Positions 28,758 to 37,810 are shown, counted from the first letter of the stretch. The stretch: 37,810 nucleotides of DNA from Candidatus Helarchaeota archaeon (GCA_029838215.1 JALGVI010000020.1:1-37810); one strand, 5' to 3'. Notes: generated by a model from the sequence alone, not told the origin. Translations and numbers: made by a program.

Positions 28758-29894
28758 TTAGAAGCAGCGATGGATGACGCCTGGTCCAATTTCATTATAT
28801 TCCTTGCGAGTTACCCACATTTTCTGGAATGTCTTGAGACTTGCCAGAATGCTTCCTCCGATCCAAACGGAATACATCCGCTCAGGTGGAGCGATGATTT
28901 TTACCTCAACGTTTTGTGGGATGAGCTCAGAAATTTCTCTCGTGAGGCGCTCTTTCAAGCCTGGGAACATGGTTGAACCACCAGAAAGAACAACGTTTGA
29001 ATAGAGATCACGTCGCAAATCGATGTCGCACTTTGAAACTGCTTCGAAGATAACTTCATCGATGGGTGGTGATTCTTTACCAACTGCAGATGGATTGAAT
29101 ACAACCTCAGGAGCGAGAAAACGCTCAACACCGACAGTGATTGTTGCCCCATCGGGTAACATGTAGGATTTTTCCATGCCCGAAACTTTTTCAGCAAGTT
29201 TGAGTTCCTTTTCAGGATCAAGCGCAACATAACAGAGCCTTTCTTTGATATCTCTAACGATTTCTTTTTCTGCAGATGTCGTGAGAGAATAACCTCTTTG
29301 TCGAAGTAGTCGCATTAGATATTCCGTGATATCACGACCCGCTAAATCCAAACGGGAAATAGCATGTGTTAATGCAAACCCTTCATAGATAGGTACAACG
29401 TGCGTAACTCCAGTTCCTGAATCGCATACGAGTCCTGTCGTTCGCCCAGAAGCATAAAGAGAAAGAACTGCCTGCATTGCTACGTAAAGAGCCGGAACGT
29501 GGAATTCATCAAACATGATTTCACACATTTTTTCCCGGTTTGGTCGGGGATTTAGAGGGGGTTCAGTAAGAAGGCAAGGATGTACCGTCGGATCTAATCG
29601 GAGGTCCGTATAGAATGTATAATGCCAAATTTTTTCCATGGCACCCCAATCTTCTACGATACCATGCCCAACAGGGTAAGAAAGGCGGAGAACACCACGC
29701 AATTGTAATGCTTCTTCACCGATATAGTACTCCCGTTGGTAATGCTCTACGTCAGTCATGATGGACGTATATTTTGGATATCCAATTAAGGTTGGGAATA
29801 CACTTCTCGGTTGGTCCTCACCAGCGTATCCGTTCTTAGAAATACCAGTTCCGTTGTCCACAACGACTGGTTTGCTCAGAACTTCTTCTTCCAT
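28758..29894 (-). CDS. Asgard actin (Lokiactin-type)
   Basis: [73 protein letters not shown]-terminal HRCF. GGTGA RBS. Confidence 0.98.
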   Translation of the reverse strand: MEEEVLSKPVVVDNGTGISKNGYAGEDQPRSVFPTLIGYPKYTSIMTDVEHYQREYYIGEEALQLRGVLRLSYPVGHGIVEDWGAMEKIWHYTFYTDLRLDPTVHPCLLTEPPLNPRPNREKMCEIMFDEFHVPALYVAMQAVLSLYASGRTTGLVCDSGTGVTHVVPIYEGFALTHAISRLDLAGRDITEYLMRLLRQRGYSLTTSAEKEIVRDIKERLCYVALDPEKELKLAEKVSGMEKSYMLPDGATITVGVERFLAPEVVFNPSAVGKESPPIDEVIFEAVSKCDIDLRRDLYSNVVLSGGSTMFPGLKERLTREISELIPQNVEVKIIAPPERMYSVWIGGSILASLKTFQKMWVTRKEYNEIGPGVIHRCF

Positions 29895-30254
29895 TCATTT
29901 CACCAATTTTTTATATTTCACGAAATGCGAATTTATTGAGTATTTTAATAGTGTATTGAGAGATCTCAGAATTTTTAAAGTCTTTATCAAGAATCTCTCA
30001 AGAACTTGATTTTTCTATATTGTTTTTGTCATGAATGAAATATAAGCTTGATGCATTGTCATCTATATGGATTGTAGGGATGAAATCCTTAAACCGAATG
30101 ATCAAGAGAAATGAAGAAATGAATGCTTTTCATCAATAACAATCGCCATTGGAATTTAAATGAAAAGAAAAAAATGACTGGAAATGACTTTCCTGAAAAT
30201 TTTTAAAAGAATAAATAATTCATTAATCAATTGAAATCATGATTCATTAAATCA

Positions 30255-33032
30255 TTACATGAAGAATTCAAGACTTTTCGAGCCTGTTAGTTCATTAAAG
30301 TCTATATTTAAGGAATCTAAAACCTGTTCGAATACCGATTCTACCGTATCCTTGTATTTATTATAATCTATATCACCGACATTGGCTAGCTCAAGGGGTC
30401 TAACACCTTCTGTATCCGAGGTCTTCAAAAATTCGATGAATTCACCCGTCTCAACTTTTTTACCGTGTTTTTCTAACATCCGAGCGGCCTTTACGTGTTG
30501 GGGCGTTGTTTTAACATAGCCGTCCAATGGTCTGGTAAGGGCAACTTTAAACGCAAGTTCTTTCTTTGGAATCTGTTTATTCTTCAATTTTTTTAGCACG
30601 ACTCTTAAGAGCTTTCTAATTTTATCTTTGGCAACATCGAAGTCATCCTCGGTATGCACTTCACTTAAAATGTCGATCATCTTGTAAAATGCTTTTTGAA
30701 TGTAAGGAGGTGTATTTGATTTCTTCCCGGATAGTCCTTTAATATCAACGGTTCCATCCTGATATACACCAAAATAATTTTTCTTTCTACTTGAAAGTGC
30801 AACATAACGAAATATCTTTTCCACCTCAAGATCCATCTTGAGTTCTTCAGAACTCCACCTAACGATTTCATCCATCGCCTCTTTCGTAGGATTGAGTAAA
30901 AACACGCTATCTGTATCACCATAAAGCACGGTTATTCCCATGCTTTCGGCTTTTTTCTTTGTTTGTTCAATTGCATATCGCCCACCTGCCGTAGTAGAAT
31001 CCGCAACAGGGGGACAATACAACGGAAATTGGGCAAATCCAAAAACACCGTAACTTGCATTTACAATGACTTTAAGCGTGAATTGAATTATATTAAAAAA
31101 TCTGCGTTCTAATTCCGATATCGTTTTGTCTTTTGATTTTGGTTTAAACCATCTCACCCGTAACTCTTTTAAAAGACCGATAACTAAAGACATCACTCCA
31201 ACTCTTCGAGTGCAAATCCAATAATTCGTGCCAGGCATCAAATTTTTTCTGCATTCATCATGAAGACAATTAACCGTCTCATAACTCAAGTTATAGCGCT
31301 TGATAATGCTCGGATATAAAGATGCGAAATCCAATACGGCAACGTTAAAGTAAATGCCGGGCTTTGGTTCAATGACAATTGCACCCTGATACTTCTTCCC
31401 TTTTATGATCGCAGTTGATTTTGCTTCACCTTTTATCCCTAGAATGTAATCGGGATTAGGAATAAGATAGTTTCGTTGTCTATGTTCCCAATAAAAAAGA
31501 TTCTGCAACCAAGAACTTATTCCTTGACGCGTCAAATCTTCAATCGAAAGTTTTGAAATGCGCATTAGAAGGATGATGAGATTCATGACTAGATCATCAT
31601 CAAAGGTGGTAAGCTCGAGTGTTAATTCACTATCTCTTAAACAATAATAAGAAAGCTCATTATAAGTCATCTCAAAGATTTCCTTGTCGGGATGAGCAAT
31701 TTTTGAATGTTTTAATAATTGCTGAGAAATTTCATCAAGTGAGTTCCTTCTGTATGCATTTCTAAAGGCTGAGATCTTTATGGCGCGGTTTTGGAAAAAC
31801 CTGTAAAGATCTACGTGCACTCCGTTTTTCAATAAGGTGATTTCTCGACCCAGAGTTATGGGAATGTCCTTTTTGTCAATTCCAAGATTGACTGCCCTGT
31901 TATACAGATAAAGAAAATCAAAATTGTCTCCGTTAAAAGTAAGGACAACTGGAAACTTATCAATCGTGCGAAAAGTCGAAAGCAAAAGAGATCTTTCGTC
32001 GTCAAAGTATTCTATGTGCGTGTCTAATTCAAAAATGGGGTCTCCTTCTTCAACGCCTTCACGTCTTAAAGTCAGAACCCTTTTAAAATTATCAGTACCT
32101 GCAAAAGAAACACAAATTACAGATTCTTTCGCTTGTGCCGCAGAAGGCATCTTATTTGGTTCACTAGACACTTCAATGTCGATTGCCACGCGAGAAATTG
32201 GAGGTATGGGACAAAAAAATACATCAATTAAAGATGGTAAAAAAGCCTGAAATTCGGGTGGCTCATCTTTAAACCTGTCCAATAACTCCTTACGAAAATC
32301 GGCGGAGATTTTTATCTCTTCACGTTGTATTCGATCATTCTCGTCTATGTAATAAGGAAGACCAGGAATTAAGGCATTATCATAAATATAACAATTATGA
32401 TATCGAATCCTTGCTTCCCATGCCTTTGTTCCAATGATATCCCGCAAACTATTCCGCTTGCCACCAATCGAAAGAGGATCCTTGGCAATTACTTTAATGA
32501 TGGGTATCACCTTGTCAATAATGAGATCTGTCAACTTCTTTTCTTCTAAATGATCAAAACCACGATTCTCAAAAATTGCAGGATAATCTTTCTTTAACTT
32601 CTCTTTCGAAATGCGAGTGTACAAAAAAGGCTTATGACCGGTATTATCATACCAATATTTCATCTTACCGTCTTCATATATTCCCACGTATGCTTTATTT
32701 CTCTCCCCACTATAATCAACCTTTAAAAGAACGCGCACGTGTTCTTTTTTCACGTTTATTTCTTTCCCTTTTTGTTTTACTCCGCGGTTAATATTTTGCT
32801 TATCCTCCAAGGGATCAACATTGTCTTCCCTTTTAGGAGGAATCTGTTGCGGCGTATTCAAAATAAAGTCGTTTTCAGTTTTATCGGGAGACTTTTTAAT
32901 CTCTTTTCGTTCTTTTAATTTAGACGGCTTTGAAACCTTTTTCTCTGATTTCTTTTCCTTCTTATTTTTCTTATTCCCTGATTTCGTTTTCTTTTTTTTA
33001 GTAGTCCCGTCAAAATAATCCAATAAACTCAT
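30255..33032 (-). CDS. polB1: Family B DNA polymerase, PolB1 type
   Basis: Exonuclease motifs DIE / FNGDNFD / YCLRD and polymerase motifs DFASLYPS, KxxxNASYG, YGDTDS, all intact. Long Lys-rich N-terminal extension. Confidence 0.95.
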   Translation of the reverse strand: MSLLDYFDGTTKKKKTKSGNKKNKKEKKSEKKVSKPSKLKERKEIKKSPDKTENDFILNTPQQIPPKREDNVDPLEDKQNINRGVKQKGKEINVKKEHVRVLLKVDYSGERNKAYVGIYEDGKMKYWYDNTGHKPFLYTRISKEKLKKDYPAIFENRGFDHLEEKKLTDLIIDKVIPIIKVIAKDPLSIGGKRNSLRDIIGTKAWEARIRYHNCYIYDNALIPGLPYYIDENDRIQREEIKISADFRKELLDRFKDEPPEFQAFLPSLIDVFFCPIPPISRVAIDIEVSSEPNKMPSAAQAKESVICVSFAGTDNFKRVLTLRREGVEEGDPIFELDTHIEYFDDERSLLLSTFRTIDKFPVVLTFNGDNFDFLYLYNRAVNLGIDKKDIPITLGREITLLKNGVHVDLYRFFQNRAIKISAFRNAYRRNSLDEISQQLLKHSKIAHPDKEIFEMTYNELSYYCLRDSELTLELTTFDDDLVMNLIILLMRISKLSIEDLTRQGISSWLQNLFYWEHRQRNYLIPNPDYILGIKGEAKSTAIIKGKKYQGAIVIEPKPGIYFNVAVLDFASLYPSIIKRYNLSYETVNCLHDECRKNLMPGTNYWICTRRVGVMSLVIGLLKELRVRWFKPKSKDKTISELERRFFNIIQFTLKVIVNASYGVFGFAQFPLYCPPVADSTTAGGRYAIEQTKKKAESMGITVLYGDTDSVFLLNPTKEAMDEIVRWSSEELKMDLEVEKIFRYVALSSRKKNYFGVYQDGTVDIKGLSGKKSNTPPYIQKAFYKMIDILSEVHTEDDFDVAKDKIRKLLRVVLKKLKNKQIPKKELAFKVALTRPLDGYVKTTPQHVKAARMLEKHGKKVETGEFIEFLKTSDTEGVRPLELANVGDIDYNKYKDTVESVFEQVLDSLNIDFNELTGSKSLEFFM

Positions 33033-33329
33033 TAAAAAAACTCATCCTCAAGTAATAACAGCATGAAGAATCTCCAGCACGAGTTTTATCTTCATTTGTT
33101 ATTATTTGTCTCGCATCGTTAATAAATTGAAAGAATTTGCTTTGAGATTTCTCTATAAAAATAAGATTAAAAGATTTTTTTAAAACGATAAATTTAAGTA
33201 ATCTCCAATGAATAGAAACGAATTGTCTTAAATTCACGATTCAGAAACATTGAAGAAAAGACCTTCAGATAATGAGAGAAAAATGCAGTAATTTAAGAAA
33301 AAACAATTCTTCTAAAGGTTCTGCTTGCC

Positions 33330-33719
33330 ATGAGCGAAGAAATCGAAAATATAAAAAATATTCTCGCAGAAATCCCAAAAACACTTAACCAACTCTCACA
33401 ATCCATTGATAATTCCTTTCAAAAAGTCGAAAAATATTTTTCGCTTGTAGATGATAAATTAAAATATTTAACAACAGACTTTAAGGTGCTAGAAGAATAC
33501 ATACAAAAAGAAGACAAGAAAAATTACATGCAAATCGAAGAGTTAGTAAAAAGATTAGATAACGAAATGAGAAGAATTCGACATTACTTCGATTTGGATC
33601 GACTTAACAAGACAATCCAATCAATAGTTGACCTTCAAAATCGAATGTCTTTTGATATCGATGAAAAAAAGATTCAAGAAACGTTTAAATCTATCATGGA
33701 ATTCGTGAAAAAATTATAA
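33330..33719 (+). CDS. Coiled-coil protein 1 (129 aa)
   Basis: Continuous heptad-type amphipathic helix. First gene of the co-oriented cluster. Confidence 0.85.
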   Translation: MSEEIENIKNILAEIPKTLNQLSQSIDNSFQKVEKYFSLVDDKLKYLTTDFKVLEEYIQKEDKKNYMQIEELVKRLDNEMRRIRHYFDLDRLNKTIQSIVDLQNRMSFDIDEKKIQETFKSIMEFVKKL

Positions 33720-33736
33720 AATGAGGGAAATCATGA

Positions 33737-34150
33737 ATGCGGGAAAGTATTGTCAGTTTTTTGATCAGCACAACCGAAGAAATTCAAAAGCAGGTCGAAG
33801 GTCTAGAGGAATCCATGAGAAGATTAAATGAATCCATAGACAATCTCACCGAAAAACTCACGAATACGGTAGTGGACATTTCAGAAAACTTCCAAGCACT
33901 GATATATTTAATACAATCCAGCAGAGAGGCCCAATTCAACGTGATTTTCTCAATGTTCACCAAGCACATGGAAGCACTTGAAGAAATAAGAGATGTCGCC
34001 CTAAATTTTACGGATAAACAAAAACAAGTTACGGAGGAAACTCATAAATCGTTAAATGCACTACGAAAAAAAATGTTGGATTACGAATTTCAAACGTTTA
34101 TCTTTAATTTGAAGGATTTAATAACTGAATTGAAACGAACGGGGGAATAG
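33737..34150 (+). CDS. Coiled-coil protein 2 (137 aa)
   Basis: Heptad pattern (VEGLEESMRRLNESIDNLTEKL). 17-nt gap from the previous gene. Confidence 0.85.
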   Translation: MRESIVSFLISTTEEIQKQVEGLEESMRRLNESIDNLTEKLTNTVVDISENFQALIYLIQSSREAQFNVIFSMFTKHMEALEEIRDVALNFTDKQKQVTEETHKSLNALRKKMLDYEFQTFIFNLKDLITELKRTGE

Positions 34151-34154
34151 AAAA

Positions 34155-34577
34155 GTGGATGATAATTTAAAACCCTTTATGAAAGAAGTGGTTGAATTTT
34201 TTACTGCCATGCGGGCTTCCGAAAAAGAACGATTCGAATCCATGAAGAAATTCATGAGCGAAAGCATCAATGCTCTTCGAGACGTGACTCAGGTAATTAA
34301 ACAAAATGCTGAATACCTACGTGAAAGCCTGGAAAAATTAAAGGAAATTACGATGGACAATCTAAGTGCCATCAGGACCCAATCTGGCGCGGACTCCATT
34401 CTCAAAGCACGAAAAGCTCTTGATGAAAGCCTGGAGATCTTTCAACGCACGATTCAAGTGATGGAATATCAAAAAACACTCCAAGAAATAAGTAGGTTCA
34501 TTGAAGTCAAAAAACTGAAAAAACTTGACTCAAAGCTCTCACGATTCAAACGACCGATTGAGAAAAAAGAAGAATGA
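34155..34577 (+). CDS. Coiled-coil protein 3 (140 aa)
   Basis: Heptad pattern, basic C-terminus. 4-nt gap from the previous gene. Confidence 0.85.
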   Translation: MDDNLKPFMKEVVEFFTAMRASEKERFESMKKFMSESINALRDVTQVIKQNAEYLRESLEKLKEITMDNLSAIRTQSGADSILKARKALDESLEIFQRTIQVMEYQKTLQEISRFIEVKKLKKLDSKLSRFKRPIEKKEE

Positions 34578-34613
34578 CTTTTAACATGATTTTCTTCACG
34601 TGGGGACGACTGG

Positions 34614-35123
34614 ATGGTTAATTCATTACACTCCGCAGCCATTAGCCTATTAAAAAGGTTTAGTGTAAAATTTAATTTAAGTCAAATCATTTTATTTAAC
34701 GAGAATAAAGAAATTCTATTCATTGACAAACCGATACCCATCGATGAAGAACAACTTCAAGCGTTAATTCAGGAAATTTATCCAACTATTGAAAAACATT
34801 TTTTAACTGAAGAAGAATTCCGTGGAATATTAATATCTTCAAGTCGAATTAATAAATATCTCGTAAGGTCTTCCATTCAAGATAAAAATATCTTACTTTT
34901 GGTGGAGCTTGAAGATCTAACACCACTTACAAGATCAGGATTTCATGATGAATTGCTTTTTATCTTACAACGCATCATTGAAATGATAGAAGCAAAACCA
35001 ACACCTCAGCTACAAATAACATCTAATCTGGAGAAAACAATTCAAAGATTGGAGGGAATCACTAGTAATATGCAACCACCAAAATTTCCTCAAATAAAGA
35101 GGCTGATGGAATACCTGAGATAA
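34614..35123 (+). CDS. Roadblock/longin-like domain protein
   Basis: Inferred helix-strand-strand-helix-three strands-helix order (QIILFNENKEILF ... ILISS ... YLVR ... ILLLVE ... DELLFILQRI). Confidence 0.65.
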   Translation: MVNSLHSAAISLLKRFSVKFNLSQIILFNENKEILFIDKPIPIDEEQLQALIQEIYPTIEKHFLTEEEFRGILISSSRINKYLVRSSIQDKNILLLVELEDLTPLTRSGFHDELLFILQRIIEMIEAKPTPQLQITSNLEKTIQRLEGITSNMQPPKFPQIKRLMEYLR

Positions 35124-35274
35124 TTTCGATTAAGCCAAAATTTATTATTTATCGTAATTTTCTCCCTCTTAGATGAAACAAAATAACAAAATTAATAACT
35201 TAGCATTTAGATTATAAATACTTGAGTAATTAATTTGGAAATCCGTTCTTAATGAAATTAAAGGGTGAAATGTC

Positions 35275-37275
35275 GTGTTACGTGATATTTTTGTGGTTCG
35301 GGAAAAGAAAGTCCTATTTCATAGAAAATTTGGAGACTCTGTTCCGTGGGAAACTTTGAAACCAATTCTTTTCTCGCTCTCAAATTATGTGGCTCATAGT
35401 TCAAAAGAAAAAGTTCAAAAAACCGAAATAGTCAATGCAAAATTATCATACATATATCATGAACCACTTGAAATCTTCTTTGCTTTTCTGACGGACATAA
35501 CTGATAGTAATAATTTAATTGAAAAACAACTCAAAAGAGCAAAAGAAGAATTTTTAGAGCAATTTCCTGATTCGTTGATCACGTCGAATGCCGATCCCGA
35601 AGCATTTGACACGTTTAATATAATTGCAGATTTAATTCACAAAGAACTCCGCCCAAAAATTGCTTTAGTCGGATTTTCTGGCGTGGGAAAAACAACAATC
35701 ACGCGACTGATTAAAGCTGAAGAAATTCCAATGGAACATATCCCAACAATGACTGGTGATGTGGCTACCGTAAAAATCGGTAAACTTCATTTCTTCTTAT
35801 GGGATTTTGCAGGACAAGAACAATTTTCATTTCTTTGGCCAAAATTCATTAAAGGATCAGATGCCGTCCTCTTGATAATGGATTCGACTCTTCGAAATAT
35901 TGACAAATCACGATTTTTTCTCGATCTTGTTTCAAAAGAGGTTCCTTTGGCGAGAGTCGTAGGAATTGCAAACAAACAAGACATTCCAAATGCCCTCACT
36001 CCGAAAGAGATCTCAGACATGTTAAAAATACCCGTTAAAGGAATGGTTGCAGTCGATCCAAATAATCGAGAAAAAATGATTAACATCATTTCAGAAACAT
36101 TAGGAATTACAAATGTCGTATCTCCGCTACTTAGGTCTTTCTTCGATAGGGATAAAGAAGTTGTAGAAGCTCAAGAAGCCCTTGAAAAAGGCGATTTACA
36201 AACTGCACAAGAAAAATTTGAAGCCATCGCAAATCATTCACTTGAATTGGGAGAAGAAAAACTCGCTTCAGAATTTTTTCAAAGAGCAAAGTTGATCAAA
36301 AATGCAATTATCGAGTCTAAATCTGTAACTCCTGCAAAAGAAATCGCTCAGACACAAGAAAAACCACCAGAGCCAAAACCAATCAAGGAAGAATCACAAC
36401 ACGAACCAGAATTAGAACTCGTTGTAGAAAGTTCGGAGACATCAATAAAAATAGAAGATATAAACAAACCTAAAATGGAGCAAGAACAAGAAGTAGAGCT
36501 CGTTGTTGAAAGTCCTGAACCAGTGAAAAGTCCTGAAAAAATAAGTACGTCCCAACCAGAAATGACCGTTTTGCAAAATACAACTGCAAAAGAACCAAAG
36601 ATTCCTCAGGTCGAAAACAATAAAGTGCCTGCACAAGGTGCAATTCGCTCGGAGATTGATGGCATGATCTCCAATATTGAAGCATTAAGAATATCATTGG
36701 GCAGCAATCAAGATACGGCAGCGAAACCTGCTCCTGCTGAAACAACAAAAAGTACCGCTCCATCAGAAGAGGAATTTTCTAAAGATTCTGCAAAAATGAT
36801 GGAAGACATTACAAGATTGAGAGAATCACTCCGCTCAAAGGAAGAAGAATTGGAAGCAATGTCTGCACGAGCAGAAAAAAAAGAGGAACCCACTCCAGTT
36901 CCACTTACAGAAGCTCCTACCACAAAAGAAGAAAAAATATCACCTGAAATTGGTACCGAAACTAAAGAATTAAAAGGACAACCAACTCCAGCACCAGAAC
37001 CACCTAAACCAGCTGAACCCGAAAGTGAAAAAATCGCTTCTAAAACAACTTCAGAAAAGACACCTCAGGTCGATGATTTGCAAAATCGATTGGATAAATT
37101 AAAATCTAAAAAGAAAGCAATTGAACTCGAAATCTTAGATCTTGAAAGCGATTTGAAAAATAAAGCAATCTCTCAAGACTCGTTTGATGAACAAGTCCAA
37201 TTATACAAGAAACTTAGGGATAAGCTGAATAAACAAATTCTTGAACTACGAACTAAAATGATGGAAGATTTTTAA
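35275..37275 (+). CDS. Longin + Arf-like small GTPase + MIT-like + disordered linker + C-terminal helical (steadiness-box-like) fusion protein
   Basis: DIFVVREKKVLFHRKFG longin-like start. G1 GFSGVGKTT, G2 PT, G3 WDFAGQ, G4 NKQD. EFFQRAKLIK MIT-like helix. P/E/K-rich linker. GGTGA RBS. Confidence 0.88.
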   Translation: MLRDIFVVREKKVLFHRKFGDSVPWETLKPILFSLSNYVAHSSKEKVQKTEIVNAKLSYIYHEPLEIFFAFLTDITDSNNLIEKQLKRAKEEFLEQFPDSLITSNADPEAFDTFNIIADLIHKELRPKIALVGFSGVGKTTITRLIKAEEIPMEHIPTMTGDVATVKIGKLHFFLWDFAGQEQFSFLWPKFIKGSDAVLLIMDSTLRNIDKSRFFLDLVSKEVPLARVVGIANKQDIPNALTPKEISDMLKIPVKGMVAVDPNNREKMINIISETLGITNVVSPLLRSFFDRDKEVVEAQEALEKGDLQTAQEKFEAIANHSLELGEEKLASEFFQRAKLIKNAIIESKSVTPAKEIAQTQEKPPEPKPIKEESQHEPELELVVESSETSIKIEDINKPKMEQEQEVELVVESPEPVKSPEKISTSQPEMTVLQNTTAKEPKIPQVENNKVPAQGAIRSEIDGMISNIEALRISLGSNQDTAAKPAPAETTKSTAPSEEEFSKDSAKMMEDITRLRESLRSKEEELEAMSARAEKKEEPTPVPLTEAPTTKEEKISPEIGTETKELKGQPTPAPEPPKPAEPESEKIASKTTSEKTPQVDDLQNRLDKLKSKKKAIELEILDLESDLKNKAISQDSFDEQVQLYKKLRDKLNKQILELRTKMMEDF

Positions 37276-37362
37276 AACATGTTGAATTTAAAATCTTAAT
37301 AAAGCATTAATGATCTATTAAAAATGAGCTCAATTGGAAATTAATAATAACACTTCAGATAC

Positions 37363-37752
37363 GTGATTTGCATGCCAAAAGGAATACTCATAATCAAATG
37401 GGATAATGAAATCGGAGCCATTCTGGTTTCAAAGTACCCTAAAAAATTAAAAATCACGACAAAACTCTTGACAAACATTTACGCTAATCATCGAATCGAA
37501 AGCACAGACCCAAATTTCGCCTCATTAACATTAAAAGATTCGAAAATTACAAGCTTTTTTTCGGGGCTGGGAGAGAATTTTATAGGAGAACCAAATCACA
37601 TTGTTGCTTTGGTCTTGCGTCGGGACGAAAAACCACACTTATTCAGGGAAATTCTAAAAAAAGGTGCCGCAACAATTTTATCAAACTTGAAAAACGATCA
37701 AATTGAAAAGATTCTACCAGAACTGTTCAAAGAGATGTCCAATATCTCCTAA
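37363..37752 (+). CDS. Stand-alone uDENN/longin-like protein
   Basis: GILIIKWDNEIGAILVSKYP resembles the uDENN start (FDxxxGPxlxxxyP). Start likely ATG 37372. Confidence 0.7.
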   Translation: MICMPKGILIIKWDNEIGAILVSKYPKKLKITTKLLTNIYANHRIESTDPNFASLTLKDSKITSFFSGLGENFIGEPNHIVALVLRRDEKPHLFREILKKGAATILSNLKNDQIEKILPELFKEMSNIS

Positions 37753-37810
37753 ATTATATTATTTTCAAAACAAAACTCATTTTTTTGAATTAAAGCATCA
37801 AAATCCCCGA

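Noticed and set aside
29956-30001. 9-bp inverted repeat TTGAGAGAT/ATCTCTCAA upstream of actin
   Set aside because: 28-nt spacer and AT-rich context make it plausible by chance, and there is no second copy to support an operator.
30255-33032. Intein or inactivated polymerase
   Set aside because: All exonuclease and polymerase motifs are intact with normal spacing, and no intein termini are seen.
33010-33237. 75-aa ORF upstream of polB1
   Set aside because: Overlaps the polB1 start, lies in an AT-rich divergent promoter region, and has no protein-like features.
333-36923. Numerous 60-190 aa ORFs antisense to or nested in long genes (e.g. 333-758, 6195-6767, 14272-14598, 18005-18346, 31924-32250)
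   Set aside because: Shadow ORFs of well-supported genes with no motifs of their own.

Overview
Gene-dense, AT-rich window from an Asgard archaeon (Loki-/Helarchaeia-like). The assignment rests on a eukaryote-like actin, several small GTPases, longin/roadblock-like proteins, PolB1, TFB, Alba and F420-dependent Mtd. Housekeeping and metabolic genes: ABC-2 exporter, UvrA/UvrB, corrinoid protein plus MtaA-type methyltransferase, orphan DNA methyltransferase, 2-hydroxyacid dehydrogenase and a RimK-family ligase. Three items are missing from or unexplained by the ORF track. (1) A 50-codon selenoprotein gene (vhuU, in-frame UGA, unusual DCULSC motif) follows a C-terminally truncated [NiFe] hydrogenase large subunit. 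It has a eukaryote-type SECIS whose kink-turn AUGA contains the gene's own stop codon. (2) The 3' end of a TnpB-like gene is followed by a TATA box and a highly structured ~93-nt RNA. (3) A six-gene co-oriented cluster (33330-37752) encodes three ~130-140 aa coiled-coil proteins, a roadblock-like protein, a longin/Arf-like GTPase/MIT-like/steadiness-box-like fusion and a uDENN-like longin, a candidate GTPase-ESCRT-linked membrane-trafficking module. All homology calls come from motif recognition and memory, not from database searches.
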